A DNA stretch of 54,495 nt from a virus (IMGVR_UViG_3300002091_000037:1-54495); one strand, 5' to 3'; counted from the stretch's first letter, positions 1 through 8,886 are shown. The notes: a model not told the origin generated them from the sequence alone. A program made the numbers and translations.

Positions 1-8
1 TCTAACAA

Positions 9-123
9 AATCAATGGGTTACGCTAAGTCGGCTATATTTTATAAAAAATTTTTTATATATATATTTTTATAATAACTTAGCGAAGATAGTTTTTACGGT
101 TAAGATAGCGTAGATAGCCGACT
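9..123. other. Candidate replication origin: IHF-box match, AT-rich palindrome, short repeats
   Basis: AATCAATGGGTTA (9-21) fits IHF consensus WATCAANNNNTTR; 18-bp palindrome TATAAAAAATTTTTTATA (41-58); inverted pairs 22-29/76-83 and 27-36/114-123; AGATAG three times in 85-117. Confidence 0.45.
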
Positions 124-124
124 C

Positions 125-215
125 AAGACAAAGCCCCATTTCTGGGGCTTGTCCATCTTCTAGGGAAAAATAGAAATGTATCAACTATGGCAAATAGCAT
201 CTACACAATTATTTA
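125..215. repeat. Unit-boundary conserved sequence, copy 1
   Basis: Nearly identical (few substitutions and indels) to 33344-33434; the sequences upstream of the two copies are unrelated. Confidence 0.9.
127..153. terminator. Probable intrinsic terminator hairpin, possibly bidirectional
   Basis: GACAAAGCCCCA-TTTC-TGGGGCTTGTC stem-loop downstream of the 213..533(-) gene; conserved at 33346-33374. Confidence 0.6.
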
Positions 216-533
216 GTCCGAGACTGAGGTAAGGATGTTACTTGATACCGAATCACGCAGAGCCTGCAGTCTGGCTTCTGTGGCCAGGCGCTCCTGCTCC
301 TCGCGATGTGCCTGCAGTTGAACTTCTTGCACCAACTCCAAATACTCAGGGCTGAACTGCCCGTCTCTGATCCAGCCCATGTGCACCAGATGCACATACT
401 TCATGATGTCTTCTTCTGTGACACCAGCCTGCTCCATGAGCAACACAGCAGTTTCAAAGGCATGCATTACACTCAATTTGGGTTTTGATAAAAATTTATT
501 GTCCTCGGGTCTATGTCGTACTGTTCTTGTCAT
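213..533 (-). CDS. Conserved hypothetical protein, 106 aa
   Basis: Homologue at 33432..33740 shares VMHAFETAVLLMEQ...HMGWIRDGQF; AAGGA RBS upstream. Confidence 0.8.
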   Translation of the reverse strand: MTRTVRHRPEDNKFLSKPKLSVMHAFETAVLLMEQAGVTEEDIMKYVHLVHMGWIRDGQFSPEYLELVQEVQLQAHREEQERLATEARLQALRDSVSSNILTSVSD

Positions 534-559
534 AATAATTCCTTAGGGTTAGACTCATG

Positions 560-569
560 TAAATATTTA
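560..569. promoter_or_regulatory. Palindromic TAAATATTTA: candidate bidirectional late-type promoter
   Basis: Reads TAAATA on both strands between divergent genes; conserved at 33767-33776. Confidence 0.5.
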
Positions 570-908
570 ATGCTTTACACAATCTACAGAGTACTTTACC
601 CAGGACTGGAACAGGTCAATCAATACTACAAATGGAAACATGAATTTCCCGAGACCAATTATGTCAAGGAGAATCGCGCTGGACCACCTCGCAAGATACG
701 TGGTAATACCCAGTGTCCTGGATGTGGGCGCACACTGAGTTACAATCAAATATATGCAGACGTACACAAGTGTCCAGGAACACTCACAGACCATCCAGTA
801 AAACCACGTGGGCATCGACCCGGCAGACCCAGTAAAAGTGAACTGGCTCAAAAATGGATTGAGTATGTGCAGGAGAATGATCACCCCATAACCTTTGGTG
901 AAGATTAA
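570..908 (+). CDS. Putative zinc-finger DNA-binding protein
   Basis: CPGCG...HKC motif plus basic RPGRP segment; start moved to ATG 570 by alignment with homologue 33782..34135. Confidence 0.7.
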   Translation: MLYTIYRVLYPGLEQVNQYYKWKHEFPETNYVKENRAGPPRKIRGNTQCPGCGRTLSYNQIYADVHKCPGTLTDHPVKPRGHRPGRPSKSELAQKWIEYVQENDHPITFGED

Positions 909-924
909 TTGGCTAAATTGTGTG

Positions 925-953
925 TTGACACTAAATAAACAAATCAGTATAAT
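925..953 (+). promoter_or_regulatory. Perfect sigma70 consensus promoter with TAAATA in the spacer
   Basis: TTGACA (925-930), 17 nt, TATAAT (948-953); TAAATA at 932-937. Confidence 0.85.
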
Positions 954-1044
954 ATTATTATACTGAAAGGACGTGTATGGAAATGATGTGGTTAATAACG
1001 GGCCTGTTTGTGGCACTTGCCCTAGACATATGGAGGCAAGCACG

Positions 1045-1410
1045 ATGAAATGGATCATGGCTTTAATTTTAAGCACCTGTGGCATAGTACAGGCAGCAAC
1101 TTGGTATACCTATGCACGTGACGAGGATGGTGGCTTTCATGACTACGAACACAGCATGATCACACATCATGAAGATGCTGGCAAGGTGTTGGTGGTATGG
1201 GCGCGAACACGTCCCTTTATTGACACACCCAAGACCAGCAAGTATGAACTGCATTGCCCCAGTCGCAGTTATAGAGTAACACACTCAATCCGAGTCACAC
1301 GCACTGGAGATGTTTATCAAATTGAAAACCCACAAGGCAAATGGCTATATGCTGTTCCAGACAGTGTAGAGATGGTGTTGATAGAACATTGTTGTGCAAA
1401 TTATCAATAA
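1045..1410 (+). CDS. Secreted/periplasmic protein with signal peptide (cargo gene; surface-adhesin-E-like by resemblance only)
   Basis: GGAGG RBS at 1032-1036; N-terminus MKWIMALILSTCGIVQAA looks like a Sec signal; absent from unit B. Confidence 0.65.
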   Translation: MKWIMALILSTCGIVQAATWYTYARDEDGGFHDYEHSMITHHEDAGKVLVVWARTRPFIDTPKTSKYELHCPSRSYRVTHSIRVTRTGDVYQIENPQGKWLYAVPDSVEMVLIEHCCANYQ

Positions 1411-1417
1411 ATAAAAT

Positions 1418-1780
1418 ATGAACTTGAAAACCAATCAAAACACCAATGGACACGGCGGAGCCAGACCCGGAGCCGGGAGACCCAAAGGTTCAACGCCCAA
1501 AATTCGCGTTGAAGATCTTTTGGACCAAATTGAAATGGCCACAGGCAAGAGCTATGCCGAAGTACTGGCTTGGAACTATGCCGGAGCCATAACACGCAGT
1601 GACTGGAGTCAAGTCAGCATATATGACCGTGCGTTTCTAAACAAGATAGTTGCAGACAAAACAGAAGTAGAGATCATTGGCAATGATGAAATGGTAGAAC
1701 TGCGTCAAGCGGCCTTTGCAGAAGCCATTAATCAATTGAATCAGGCTGCAAGAACTCGCCCAGACAACGACACTAAATAA
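1418..1780 (+). CDS. terS: Probable terminase small subunit
   Basis: GGARPGAGRPKGS N-terminal motif common in TerS-like proteins; first gene of the late cluster; homologue 34509..34856. Confidence 0.6.
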   Translation: MNLKTNQNTNGHGGARPGAGRPKGSTPKIRVEDLLDQIEMATGKSYAEVLAWNYAGAITRSDWSQVSIYDRAFLNKIVADKTEVEIIGNDEMVELRQAAFAEAINQLNQAARTRPDNDTK

Positions 1781-1802
1781 TATTAAAGGATTCTGTACAA
1801 CT

Positions 1803-2078
1803 ATGCCACTAATCAAATCAACTTCAGCAAAGGCGTTTGGCGAGAACATTGCTCGGGAGCGTGCCGCTGGTCGGCCAGAGAAGCAGGCTGTGGCCATTGC
1901 CTATAGTGAGCAACGTGCAGCCGCTAAGAGTGAGCATCACAGCACACACAGCCAAAAACGTAGTGAGCACTATCATAGTCGGGTAGCAGGTACCAGCATC
2001 CAACGTGGCTCCAACAAGATGACACAAGCCAAGAGCCAATTAAAGAATCATTCCGAGAACATGGGAGAAGAGTTTTAA
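1803..2078 (+). CDS. Small basic phage protein (KQAVAIAYS motif)
   Basis: Homologue 36508..36810; AAGGA RBS and upstream TAAATA (1774-1779). Confidence 0.75.
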   Translation: MPLIKSTSAKAFGENIARERAAGRPEKQAVAIAYSEQRAAAKSEHHSTHSQKRSEHYHSRVAGTSIQRGSNKMTQAKSQLKNHSENMGEEF

Positions 2079-2224
2079 TGGCCACCAAAGGTGTTCGTAA
2101 ACTTAATCCTACTCGTATGATTATGAGTCCAAGTAGCCTGGCCGCTCGTCGTGCCGTTACTGAGAATGTCGCCAGTTTTAAAAAGGTCAAGCCGCCTAAG
2201 GCTACGAAAAGGAAAACAAAATGA
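2078..2224 (+). CDS. Small Lys-rich protein, 48 aa (not in ORF track)
   Basis: TAATG and ATGA overlaps with neighbours; C-terminus FKKVKPPKATK shared with 36803..36967. Confidence 0.65.
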   Translation: MATKGVRKLNPTRMIMSPSSLAARRAVTENVASFKKVKPPKATKRKTK

Positions 2225-2523
2225 AAACAACAGCGAGCAATTTAGATTTTGACGGCATGGCCGGAGACGGCGTTAACCGCGCTCAGAACCGTTATGCACA
2301 CAATCAATGGAGCGGCCATTCAAATGATGGACGTGACGTCAACATGGGCCTCATGCAGAGCCAAAGACGAGGCAATGCAAGTTCAAGTCCAAAAGATGTT
2401 GGACCCTCAGCAACACGTGACAAACGTCAGTTGACCATTGCCACAGCCAGTCAAGGCGTTAACATTGGTAGCGGCTTCCACTGCCCTTCATATGGCAATC
2501 CCGACAAGATCAACGTAGGATAA
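2221..2523 (+). CDS. Conserved hypothetical protein, 100 aa
   Basis: Homologue 36964..37266. Confidence 0.8.
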   Translation: MKTTASNLDFDGMAGDGVNRAQNRYAHNQWSGHSNDGRDVNMGLMQSQRRGNASSSPKDVGPSATRDKRQLTIATASQGVNIGSGFHCPSYGNPDKINVG

Positions 2524-2527
2524 ACTC

Positions 2528-2872
2528 ATGGCATTCATCGCACAAGGCAACGCTGTTGCAATCTCAGCAGGACCAACAGTTACAGTGGCCAACATCGCCA
2601 CCAATGGTAATGCATTTAGAATACTAAATGCCAATGCAACTGCTTACAGTTATGTGGGCGTGTTCAATGACTACAACACAGCACTGACCCTGAATGACCC
2701 ATCAATTGGAGATGCAGGCGGCGGCTATGGAACCATTATGGCACCCAACTGGCCCGAGGTCATTGCCGGCAACTTTGGTGTGCAACCAAGTCCACAAACA
2801 GTTTATGTTGCTGTAATTACGTCAGGTGCAACAGGTGTTGTAACAGTGATCCAACCAGGACGCGAAGCATAA
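2528..2872 (+). CDS. Hypothetical beta-rich protein, possibly virion decoration
   Basis: Divergent homologue 37271..37630 shares YVGVFNDY and GNFG. Confidence 0.7.
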   Translation: MAFIAQGNAVAISAGPTVTVANIATNGNAFRILNANATAYSYVGVFNDYNTALTLNDPSIGDAGGGYGTIMAPNWPEVIAGNFGVQPSPQTVYVAVITSGATGVVTVIQPGREA

Positions 2873-2905
2873 CATGAGCATCAGTTCAGATATAAGGAGC
2901 ACTCA

Positions 2906-3100
2906 ATGAAAGACGCAATGAAACGACATGGCAAGTGGATACAGGCAGCCATTGGTAAGCCTGGAGCACTGCATCGCGAATTGGGTGTGCCAGCTGGAGA
3001 GAAGATACCTGCAAAGAAGTTGGCACGGGCTGCTAAGGCACCTGGCAAGTTGGGACAACGTGCCCGCCTTGCTGAAACACTAAAAGGATTTAAAAAATGA
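2906..3100 (+). CDS. Small basic phage protein (KWIQAAIGKPGALH type)
   Basis: AAGGAG RBS; near-identical homologue 37639..37833. Confidence 0.8.
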   Translation: MKDAMKRHGKWIQAAIGKPGALHRELGVPAGEKIPAKKLARAAKAPGKLGQRARLAETLKGFKK

Positions 3101-3387
3101 TAACCGCACAAGCAAAGAAATCAGTAAAGATTGCAAAGGAAACTGCATCAAGTTGGTCATGTGAGAACCAGTATCACAAAGACAATGTCAACGTTGCAAT
3201 GGGACCACGCACGGGTAACAGAGGCACTCCCTCAAAGCGCAGTGACTTTGTTGCAGCCAAAGCCGAACGTGAACCTTTAGCAGCCAGCATACTAACGGCA
3301 TATGGTGCAAGAGCACAAGACGACTATGTGAATCCCAAATTGGAAAGCATTCGTTCAACAGTTAAGCCACACAAGTTTAGCCGTTAA
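3097..3387 (+). CDS. Conserved hypothetical protein
   Basis: ATGA overlap; homologue 37830..38156. Confidence 0.75.
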   Translation: MITAQAKKSVKIAKETASSWSCENQYHKDNVNVAMGPRTGNRGTPSKRSDFVAAKAEREPLAASILTAYGARAQDDYVNPKLESIRSTVKPHKFSR

Positions 3388-3484
3388 CTTACCCCATTCA
3401 CAGCGGGGCCACCAGCACTGTGACGAGTTCGAAAACAAGTGTTTTGGTTTTCTGGTGGCACATTTTATTTTATAAGGAACAGAA

Positions 3485-4291
3485 ATGAAAAAGACAGACA
3501 AGAAGCCCGCCAATGACGCATGGGACTTGGATCCCGAAACTGGCGACACAGTTGCCATGACACCAGAAGTAGAAGAGGCTGTAATTCCAACGACTCTCAC
3601 CCGGCCTGAACCCGAGTCTAAGAAACCTATCATAATTGAGTTTGACATGGAAGGTCTGATGACAGACTTTCCCAATGCCACCGAACTGCAAAAGTTTGTG
3701 TATGACCAAACAGGCATTGTGTTGAACCTTAAAGGTCGTGCCAACAAGTTAAAGTATCAGATTGCCATGGACACACTCAATGGTGTCATACCCGATGAAG
3801 CATACTTGGGCGCTGAGAATCCTTATCTGGACAAGAGTGAACTCATCCCCACAGAGCCTTTAAAAGAATTGCCACCGCGTGATCCCATAATTGATGCCGC
3901 AGGACCTGAAGTCACACGCTTCTCAACTAACCAATTCCCACATCCGGACCCAGATTGGCGTGCGCAGGATCAAAAATGTCAAGTCATATTCCGCAAGTAT
4001 GCCAATAACTTGATCACGTATGAAGTGCTGGGTCCTATTGCACAGCGTGCCCTAGGCACAAAGATCAACAAGTTTGGACAAAAGCAACCTGAACGCATTG
4101 TGTGGATTGACTGCAGAACTGGTGAACAGATTATTCGCAATGACCGTGGCCAACTTACTCCATTAGGCACTCGCCTTAAGAGTTTCATGTCACGCATGAA
4201 GGTCAACAAATCAAATCAATGGGACGTGTGGATTGATCGCGACTTTGTGCTTGCTGGTGATCTAGTTAGTGATAACCCTTGGGGTGAATAA
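3485..4291 (+). CDS. Conserved hypothetical protein, 268 aa
   Basis: AAGGA RBS; highly similar homologue 38246..39046. Confidence 0.85.
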   Translation: MKKTDKKPANDAWDLDPETGDTVAMTPEVEEAVIPTTLTRPEPESKKPIIIEFDMEGLMTDFPNATELQKFVYDQTGIVLNLKGRANKLKYQIAMDTLNGVIPDEAYLGAENPYLDKSELIPTEPLKELPPRDPIIDAAGPEVTRFSTNQFPHPDPDWRAQDQKCQVIFRKYANNLITYEVLGPIAQRALGTKINKFGQKQPERIVWIDCRTGEQIIRNDRGQLTPLGTRLKSFMSRMKVNKSNQWDVWIDRDFVLAGDLVSDNPWGE

Positions 4292-4572
4292 TGACCATTG
4301 GTCCTGAACGACAACAGTTGGCAGCACAACAGGCTGCTGATGTCAAAATCATGCAAAAGGTCAATCGTGTTAACCGTGAGGCCTTTCTTGACAAGTATCC
4401 CAGCCAAGTAGAACATTGTTTACGTTTAACAATGGAACGCTTGCAAGCCGGACTTGACAAACGCGATGGTGTTGATACGGGCAATCCTGATACTTGGCGC
4501 ATGACTCCAGAGGAACTTGCTAGCCTAGCACAAACTGCACAAGCATTAGACACGATCCGTAGAGGATTCTAA
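4291..4572 (+). CDS. Conserved hypothetical protein directly upstream of terL (alternative TerS candidate)
   Basis: Homologue 39549..39830; abuts terL. Confidence 0.75.
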   Translation: MTIGPERQQLAAQQAADVKIMQKVNRVNREAFLDKYPSQVEHCLRLTMERLQAGLDKRDGVDTGNPDTWRMTPEELASLAQTAQALDTIRRGF

Positions 4573-6195
4573 ATGCTTGATCCCAGTGTGTTAATGCGTC
4601 GTGCCATACGTTACGTATGTGACCAACATGACCTTGCGGTCAATAACCTACATCACTTGCCTAGTGTGCAAAAAGCCGCACTACAGGAATTGGTTATAGA
4701 AATCGCAGATGACATGCGCTATAATCAATTACGATACTTTAGACCATTTGAACATCAGAAGCGTTTCTTTACAACTGGCAACAGTCAACGTCGTGGTATA
4801 CTTGCTGCCAATCGAATTGGTAAGACGGTATCCACCTGCTTTGAGACTGCAATTCATCTCACTGGTCTATATCCGGATTGGTGGGAGGGCAAACGATTTG
4901 ACAAGCCAGTGACTGCAATGGTAGCAGGCGAGGGCTGGAGTCAAGTTGCACTGGTATTGCAAAATGAACTCTTGGGCACAAACGATGTTAAAATTCGGGA
5001 CAACCTAGGCACTGGTGCCATACCACGTGACTCGATAGTATTTGATACCATGCGCGGAGATGGTGCCAACTGTATTGGTGTTGAAATACGACACACAAGC
5101 GGCACCAACAGTTATTTGTTGTTTGCCAACTATACTCAAGAAGTGCGTCAGATGCAGGGTTTCAAACTTAACCTGGCCATCTTTGACGAACAGCCACCTG
5201 ACGATTTCTTCTCAGAGATAGTTACGCGAACTGCAACTACACAAGGACAAGTGCTGTGTAGTTTCACACCGCTTAAAGGACTTAACGGACTAGTAAGTAA
5301 ATTTTGGAATCATGAGGATGGATATGAACATATACGAGTATCTTGGGATGACGTGCCAGAATATGATCCCTGGGGCGAACCATTTTTGCTTAATGAGACA
5401 CGACGTCAATTGGAGCGTGACTACTTGCCTCATGAGCGTGACGCTCGTCGTAATGGCGTGCCTGTTATGGGCAAGGGAGCAGTATTTCAAATCCGAAATT
5501 GGCCCACATACAAGACGGGTGATTATGACCTGCGTAACACTACTGGTATTAGGCGTATTATTGCTTTGGACTTGGGACTGGTAAACGACAAGACTGTGGT
5601 GTCATTGATGTATTGGCATCCCGACGAACAGGAAGCATGGTTGCACACACAGATCATTGTCAAGGGCGTTGAAGAAGCCAATCCCATGAACTATATCAAT
5701 CATCTCATGCGTCCCGAAGTGTTTGGCACGCCCATTGTGTTGCCAGCTGATGCTAGTAGTCAAGGACGTTATACAATGTCAAGCCAATCAATTAGAGAAC
5801 TGTTTGAAGAATACGAACTCAATGTCATTGGCGAGCCCATAATGAATCCACCAGATGATCAAGGACGCAGAACCAACCATAAAAGTTATGGTGTCAACGT
5901 CATGCGTCAGATGTTGGAGATTGGCACACTACACGTCAACGAAAACTGTGTGGAGTTCTTACGTGAAGCACAGAACTACTTTGTTGATGAGCGAGGTCGC
6001 TTCTCAGATCCCGATGACTGCATTGACTCTGCACGTTATGCACTGCTAGGATGTTTAAATGGTCTAGCAGAACCCTGGGACGGACGCAGTCCACAACAGC
6101 GTATGCGTGACTTTAGACATCAAGTTCGAGCACGGCAATGGAATCAAGCACAGTCATTGCCCAGTTGGAAACAGAGCCATAACCCACAGGGCTGA
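4573..6195 (+). CDS. terL: Terminase large subunit, P22-like
   Basis: Walker A AANRIGKT, Walker B IFDEQPP, coupling motif FTP, RNase H-like nuclease motifs ALDLG...DDCIDSARY. Confidence 0.95.
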   Translation: MLDPSVLMRRAIRYVCDQHDLAVNNLHHLPSVQKAALQELVIEIADDMRYNQLRYFRPFEHQKRFFTTGNSQRRGILAANRIGKTVSTCFETAIHLTGLYPDWWEGKRFDKPVTAMVAGEGWSQVALVLQNELLGTNDVKIRDNLGTGAIPRDSIVFDTMRGDGANCIGVEIRHTSGTNSYLLFANYTQEVRQMQGFKLNLAIFDEQPPDDFFSEIVTRTATTQGQVLCSFTPLKGLNGLVSKFWNHEDGYEHIRVSWDDVPEYDPWGEPFLLNETRRQLERDYLPHERDARRNGVPVMGKGAVFQIRNWPTYKTGDYDLRNTTGIRRIIALDLGLVNDKTVVSLMYWHPDEQEAWLHTQIIVKGVEEANPMNYINHLMRPEVFGTPIVLPADASSQGRYTMSSQSIRELFEEYELNVIGEPIMNPPDDQGRRTNHKSYGVNVMRQMLEIGTLHVNENCVEFLREAQNYFVDERGRFSDPDDCIDSARYALLGCLNGLAEPWDGRSPQQRMRDFRHQVRARQWNQAQSLPSWKQSHNPQG

Positions 6196-6234
6196 AACAC
6201 ACTAAATAATAGATAATATGATAGGATCCCATCC

Positions 6235-8508
6235 ATGTTGGATATAAAAAACGTAGTCATTAGCAACTTAAACAATCACAAGGGCATGATGGCTCGTTTT
6301 GTGAAAATGTATAGTTTATTGCAAGCCAAATGCGCCGCAAACTTGCGCTTGTTGGCCACAAAGAATAACATTAATCGTGCAAGCGATTATCACTATCTAG
6401 TTCTAGCTGTCACACAGTCAACAGAGCCAGTAAACGGCATTGACTATATTCACCCAGTGGTAAAACCCATAGTTGATTATGCAAGTGCGGTTATCACTAA
6501 GGGACTTGCACAAAATGGACACATCAAGTTTGAGTTTGTGCCCGACAACGAAGCAGATGCGCCAGCTGCCAAGCAGGCCACAGACATGGTCAACAAGATC
6601 ATTAATCAAAACAATGACCCACATCAGATTCTACAACATTGGGTCATGGATGCTGCACTACACAAAAACGGTGAGATGATGGTCAGCCCCATGCGTGAAA
6701 GCATTGTGCGTTATGTAACTACACAAGGCACAGCAGACCAATTAAAAGCATTTGAACAACAAGCAGAAGAGTCGGGATTAAAAGCACTACGTCAAACACG
6801 TCGCAAAGTGCGTGTGGACATGGAAAAGGTCATGGCTGAAACACAACAGTATGTGCAAGGACTACCAGAAGAACAACGTCAAGCCGAATTAGATCATCGC
6901 ATTGGTCAAGCAGAAGCAGGTGCTGCAGGTGAATTTGACATGATGAATGAGGAAGCACCCAATATTGAATTACAGGATGCAGAAGATGAGTTGACTGCAA
7001 GCATCACACGCAACACCATATATGAAGCCAAGTATAAACTAACTGGTTACAACCTAAATGTCAAGTTCCGTCCCATTGCACAACACTATTGGATGTGTGA
7101 TCCCACAGTTATCAGCATTGAAGAACAACCTTTCTGTGGATATTACAAGCCTATGTCAATCCAGGAAGCAACTGAACTGTATCCTGACATTGATTTGGAA
7201 CAATTTAAGGTATATGCACAGTATTCAAATGTGGGTGCATACCAAGCAGGCAGTTTGCTTAACAACTTGGCCCTACACGCACGTGACAGTGTGCCAATTA
7301 ACGGTTTACCAGCACAAGGTTATGCTGCACAAGAACCAGAAGCACGCCAAATTACAGTATTGACAGTTTACAACCGTTATGACATTGACGGAGATGGTGA
7401 ACTGGAACTAGTAGAACTAATTTTTAGTGGACAATATGTGATCAGTGCTCGTGAAGTAGAGTTTATACCAATTGCCAACATGTGTCCAAAACCCCTGCCA
7501 CAAAACTTCTATGGTATGAGCATTGCAGAGTCAGTTGTGCCCATGCAAGAATACGCTACAAGCGGACACAGAGCAGAAATCATGATGGGCTTGCTACAGG
7601 CAACACCACGTATTGGTGTTAAACCTGACAAGTTGGACTTTGAAATGATACAAGATGGCGAAGCCGCAATCTTTATCTTGGACAGCAAGTTCGACCCAGC
7701 CAAGGACATTTATCCATTACCTTTGCCTAACGGCAATTTACAGTTCATAGACACTGCCATGAATCGTATTCAACAGGATACAATGGCCATGGTGGGTATG
7801 ACAACACCCAATGATGTGTTCAATCCCGAAGTTATGAGCCCTGGTAACAGTGGTGTCAAACTGCAAATGGCACTTACACCAAACCAAATCATTCAAGACA
7901 ACTGTGTCAAGAATTCAGCTGAGGGGTTGAAGGAAGCCATTTGGTTGGTATGGCGCACACTGATACAGTATGGTGATGATTATGGTGTCAAGAAATTGGC
8001 AGCAGAATTCCACCCCGAAGGCAAGCCCGAATTCTTAGACTATAAAAACTTTGAAGACATGACATTCAATGATCGCAAGATCATACACATTGATTTGGCA
8101 TTGGGTATGCGTAGTGATGAGAACCAAATTCAACGCAACCAAATCATTCAACAGAGCCAACAACAGTTGTATCAGACAACACAGGCACTTGTGGCACAGG
8201 GCACACTAACCCCACCAATGTTTAAGAAGATGCGTAAGCCTTACGAGGACACCTTGTATGCATTGGGTGTAAAAGATGCTGACATGTATTTGCCCACAGA
8301 AGAAGAAGTGGTAGAAATGATTAAATCAGCACAGGAATACAAGAAGACACAAGGACCAAGTCCTGATGACCAAGCCAAAGTGGCAAAAGCCAAATTGGAT
8401 ACTGCTCGTGCAAGTGAAATTGAAGCAGATGTGCAGGGCACAAGTGCCAGTAAGCAATTGGAAGGTGTTGCACTCATTGGTGAACACAAGGCCACTGCTT
8501 ACGCTTAG
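6235..8508 (+). CDS. Portal protein, P22-like
   Basis: 757 aa directly after terL; PQNFYGMSIAE and DIDGDG motifs; Gln-rich helical C-terminus. Confidence 0.9.
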   Translation: MLDIKNVVISNLNNHKGMMARFVKMYSLLQAKCAANLRLLATKNNINRASDYHYLVLAVTQSTEPVNGIDYIHPVVKPIVDYASAVITKGLAQNGHIKFEFVPDNEADAPAAKQATDMVNKIINQNNDPHQILQHWVMDAALHKNGEMMVSPMRESIVRYVTTQGTADQLKAFEQQAEESGLKALRQTRRKVRVDMEKVMAETQQYVQGLPEEQRQAELDHRIGQAEAGAAGEFDMMNEEAPNIELQDAEDELTASITRNTIYEAKYKLTGYNLNVKFRPIAQHYWMCDPTVISIEEQPFCGYYKPMSIQEATELYPDIDLEQFKVYAQYSNVGAYQAGSLLNNLALHARDSVPINGLPAQGYAAQEPEARQITVLTVYNRYDIDGDGELELVELIFSGQYVISAREVEFIPIANMCPKPLPQNFYGMSIAESVVPMQEYATSGHRAEIMMGLLQATPRIGVKPDKLDFEMIQDGEAAIFILDSKFDPAKDIYPLPLPNGNLQFIDTAMNRIQQDTMAMVGMTTPNDVFNPEVMSPGNSGVKLQMALTPNQIIQDNCVKNSAEGLKEAIWLVWRTLIQYGDDYGVKKLAAEFHPEGKPEFLDYKNFEDMTFNDRKIIHIDLALGMRSDENQIQRNQIIQQSQQQLYQTTQALVAQGTLTPPMFKKMRKPYEDTLYALGVKDADMYLPTEEEVVEMIKSAQEYKKTQGPSPDDQAKVAKAKLDTARASEIEADVQGTSASKQLEGVALIGEHKATAYA

Positions 8509-8538
8509 TATAAATAAAATTAATAGATTGGAATTGAT

Positions 8539-8886
8539 ATGATTAACGAAGACGTGTTCGAGGCGTTTAATAACCGCCTGGTCAGTGCTACCGAACTCAG
8601 TAAACTTACACCAGCAGCCGCTGATAGAGTCAAACAGTTGGGCAGTGCCGCAGAGAACTTATTGAAAAATAGGGACTTTGTGTTGTTTGTGCGACAGTTC
8701 CAACTAGAGAATATGGATTATCTAGTAGAAGTTACGGGACACACAGCGGAAGACAACCAAAAGCGTATAGCGTTTGCAAATCATTTCAATGCAATGGACA
8801 CATTTATCAACTTGTTGAAAAGACAGGTTGTATTGAAAAACCGTGTGGTAACTCTACAAGAGAAATCTCAAGAGCCCAACACATAA
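8539..8886 (+). CDS. Conserved hypothetical protein between portal and scaffold
   Basis: Homologue 43800..44147; upstream TATAAATA at 8509-8516. Confidence 0.8.
   Translation: MINEDVFEAFNNRLVSATELSKLTPAAADRVKQLGSAAENLLKNRDFVLFVRQFQLENMDYLVEVTGHTAEDNQKRIAFANHFNAMDTFINLLKRQVVLKNRVVTLQEKSQEPNT

Noticed and set aside
125-215. attL/attR of an integrated prophage, or terminal direct repeats
   Set aside because: No integrase and no host genes; the repeat copies are imperfect and homology continues for more than 15 kb, so they are orthologous loci of two units
176-232. 18-aa ORF MYQLWQIASTQLFSPRLR with a good RBS
   Set aside because: The ATG and reading frame are disrupted by indels in the unit B copy
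3416-3445. Hammerhead ribozyme (CTGTGACGAG...GAAA)
   Set aside because: Does not match the CUGANGA core and is not conserved in unit B
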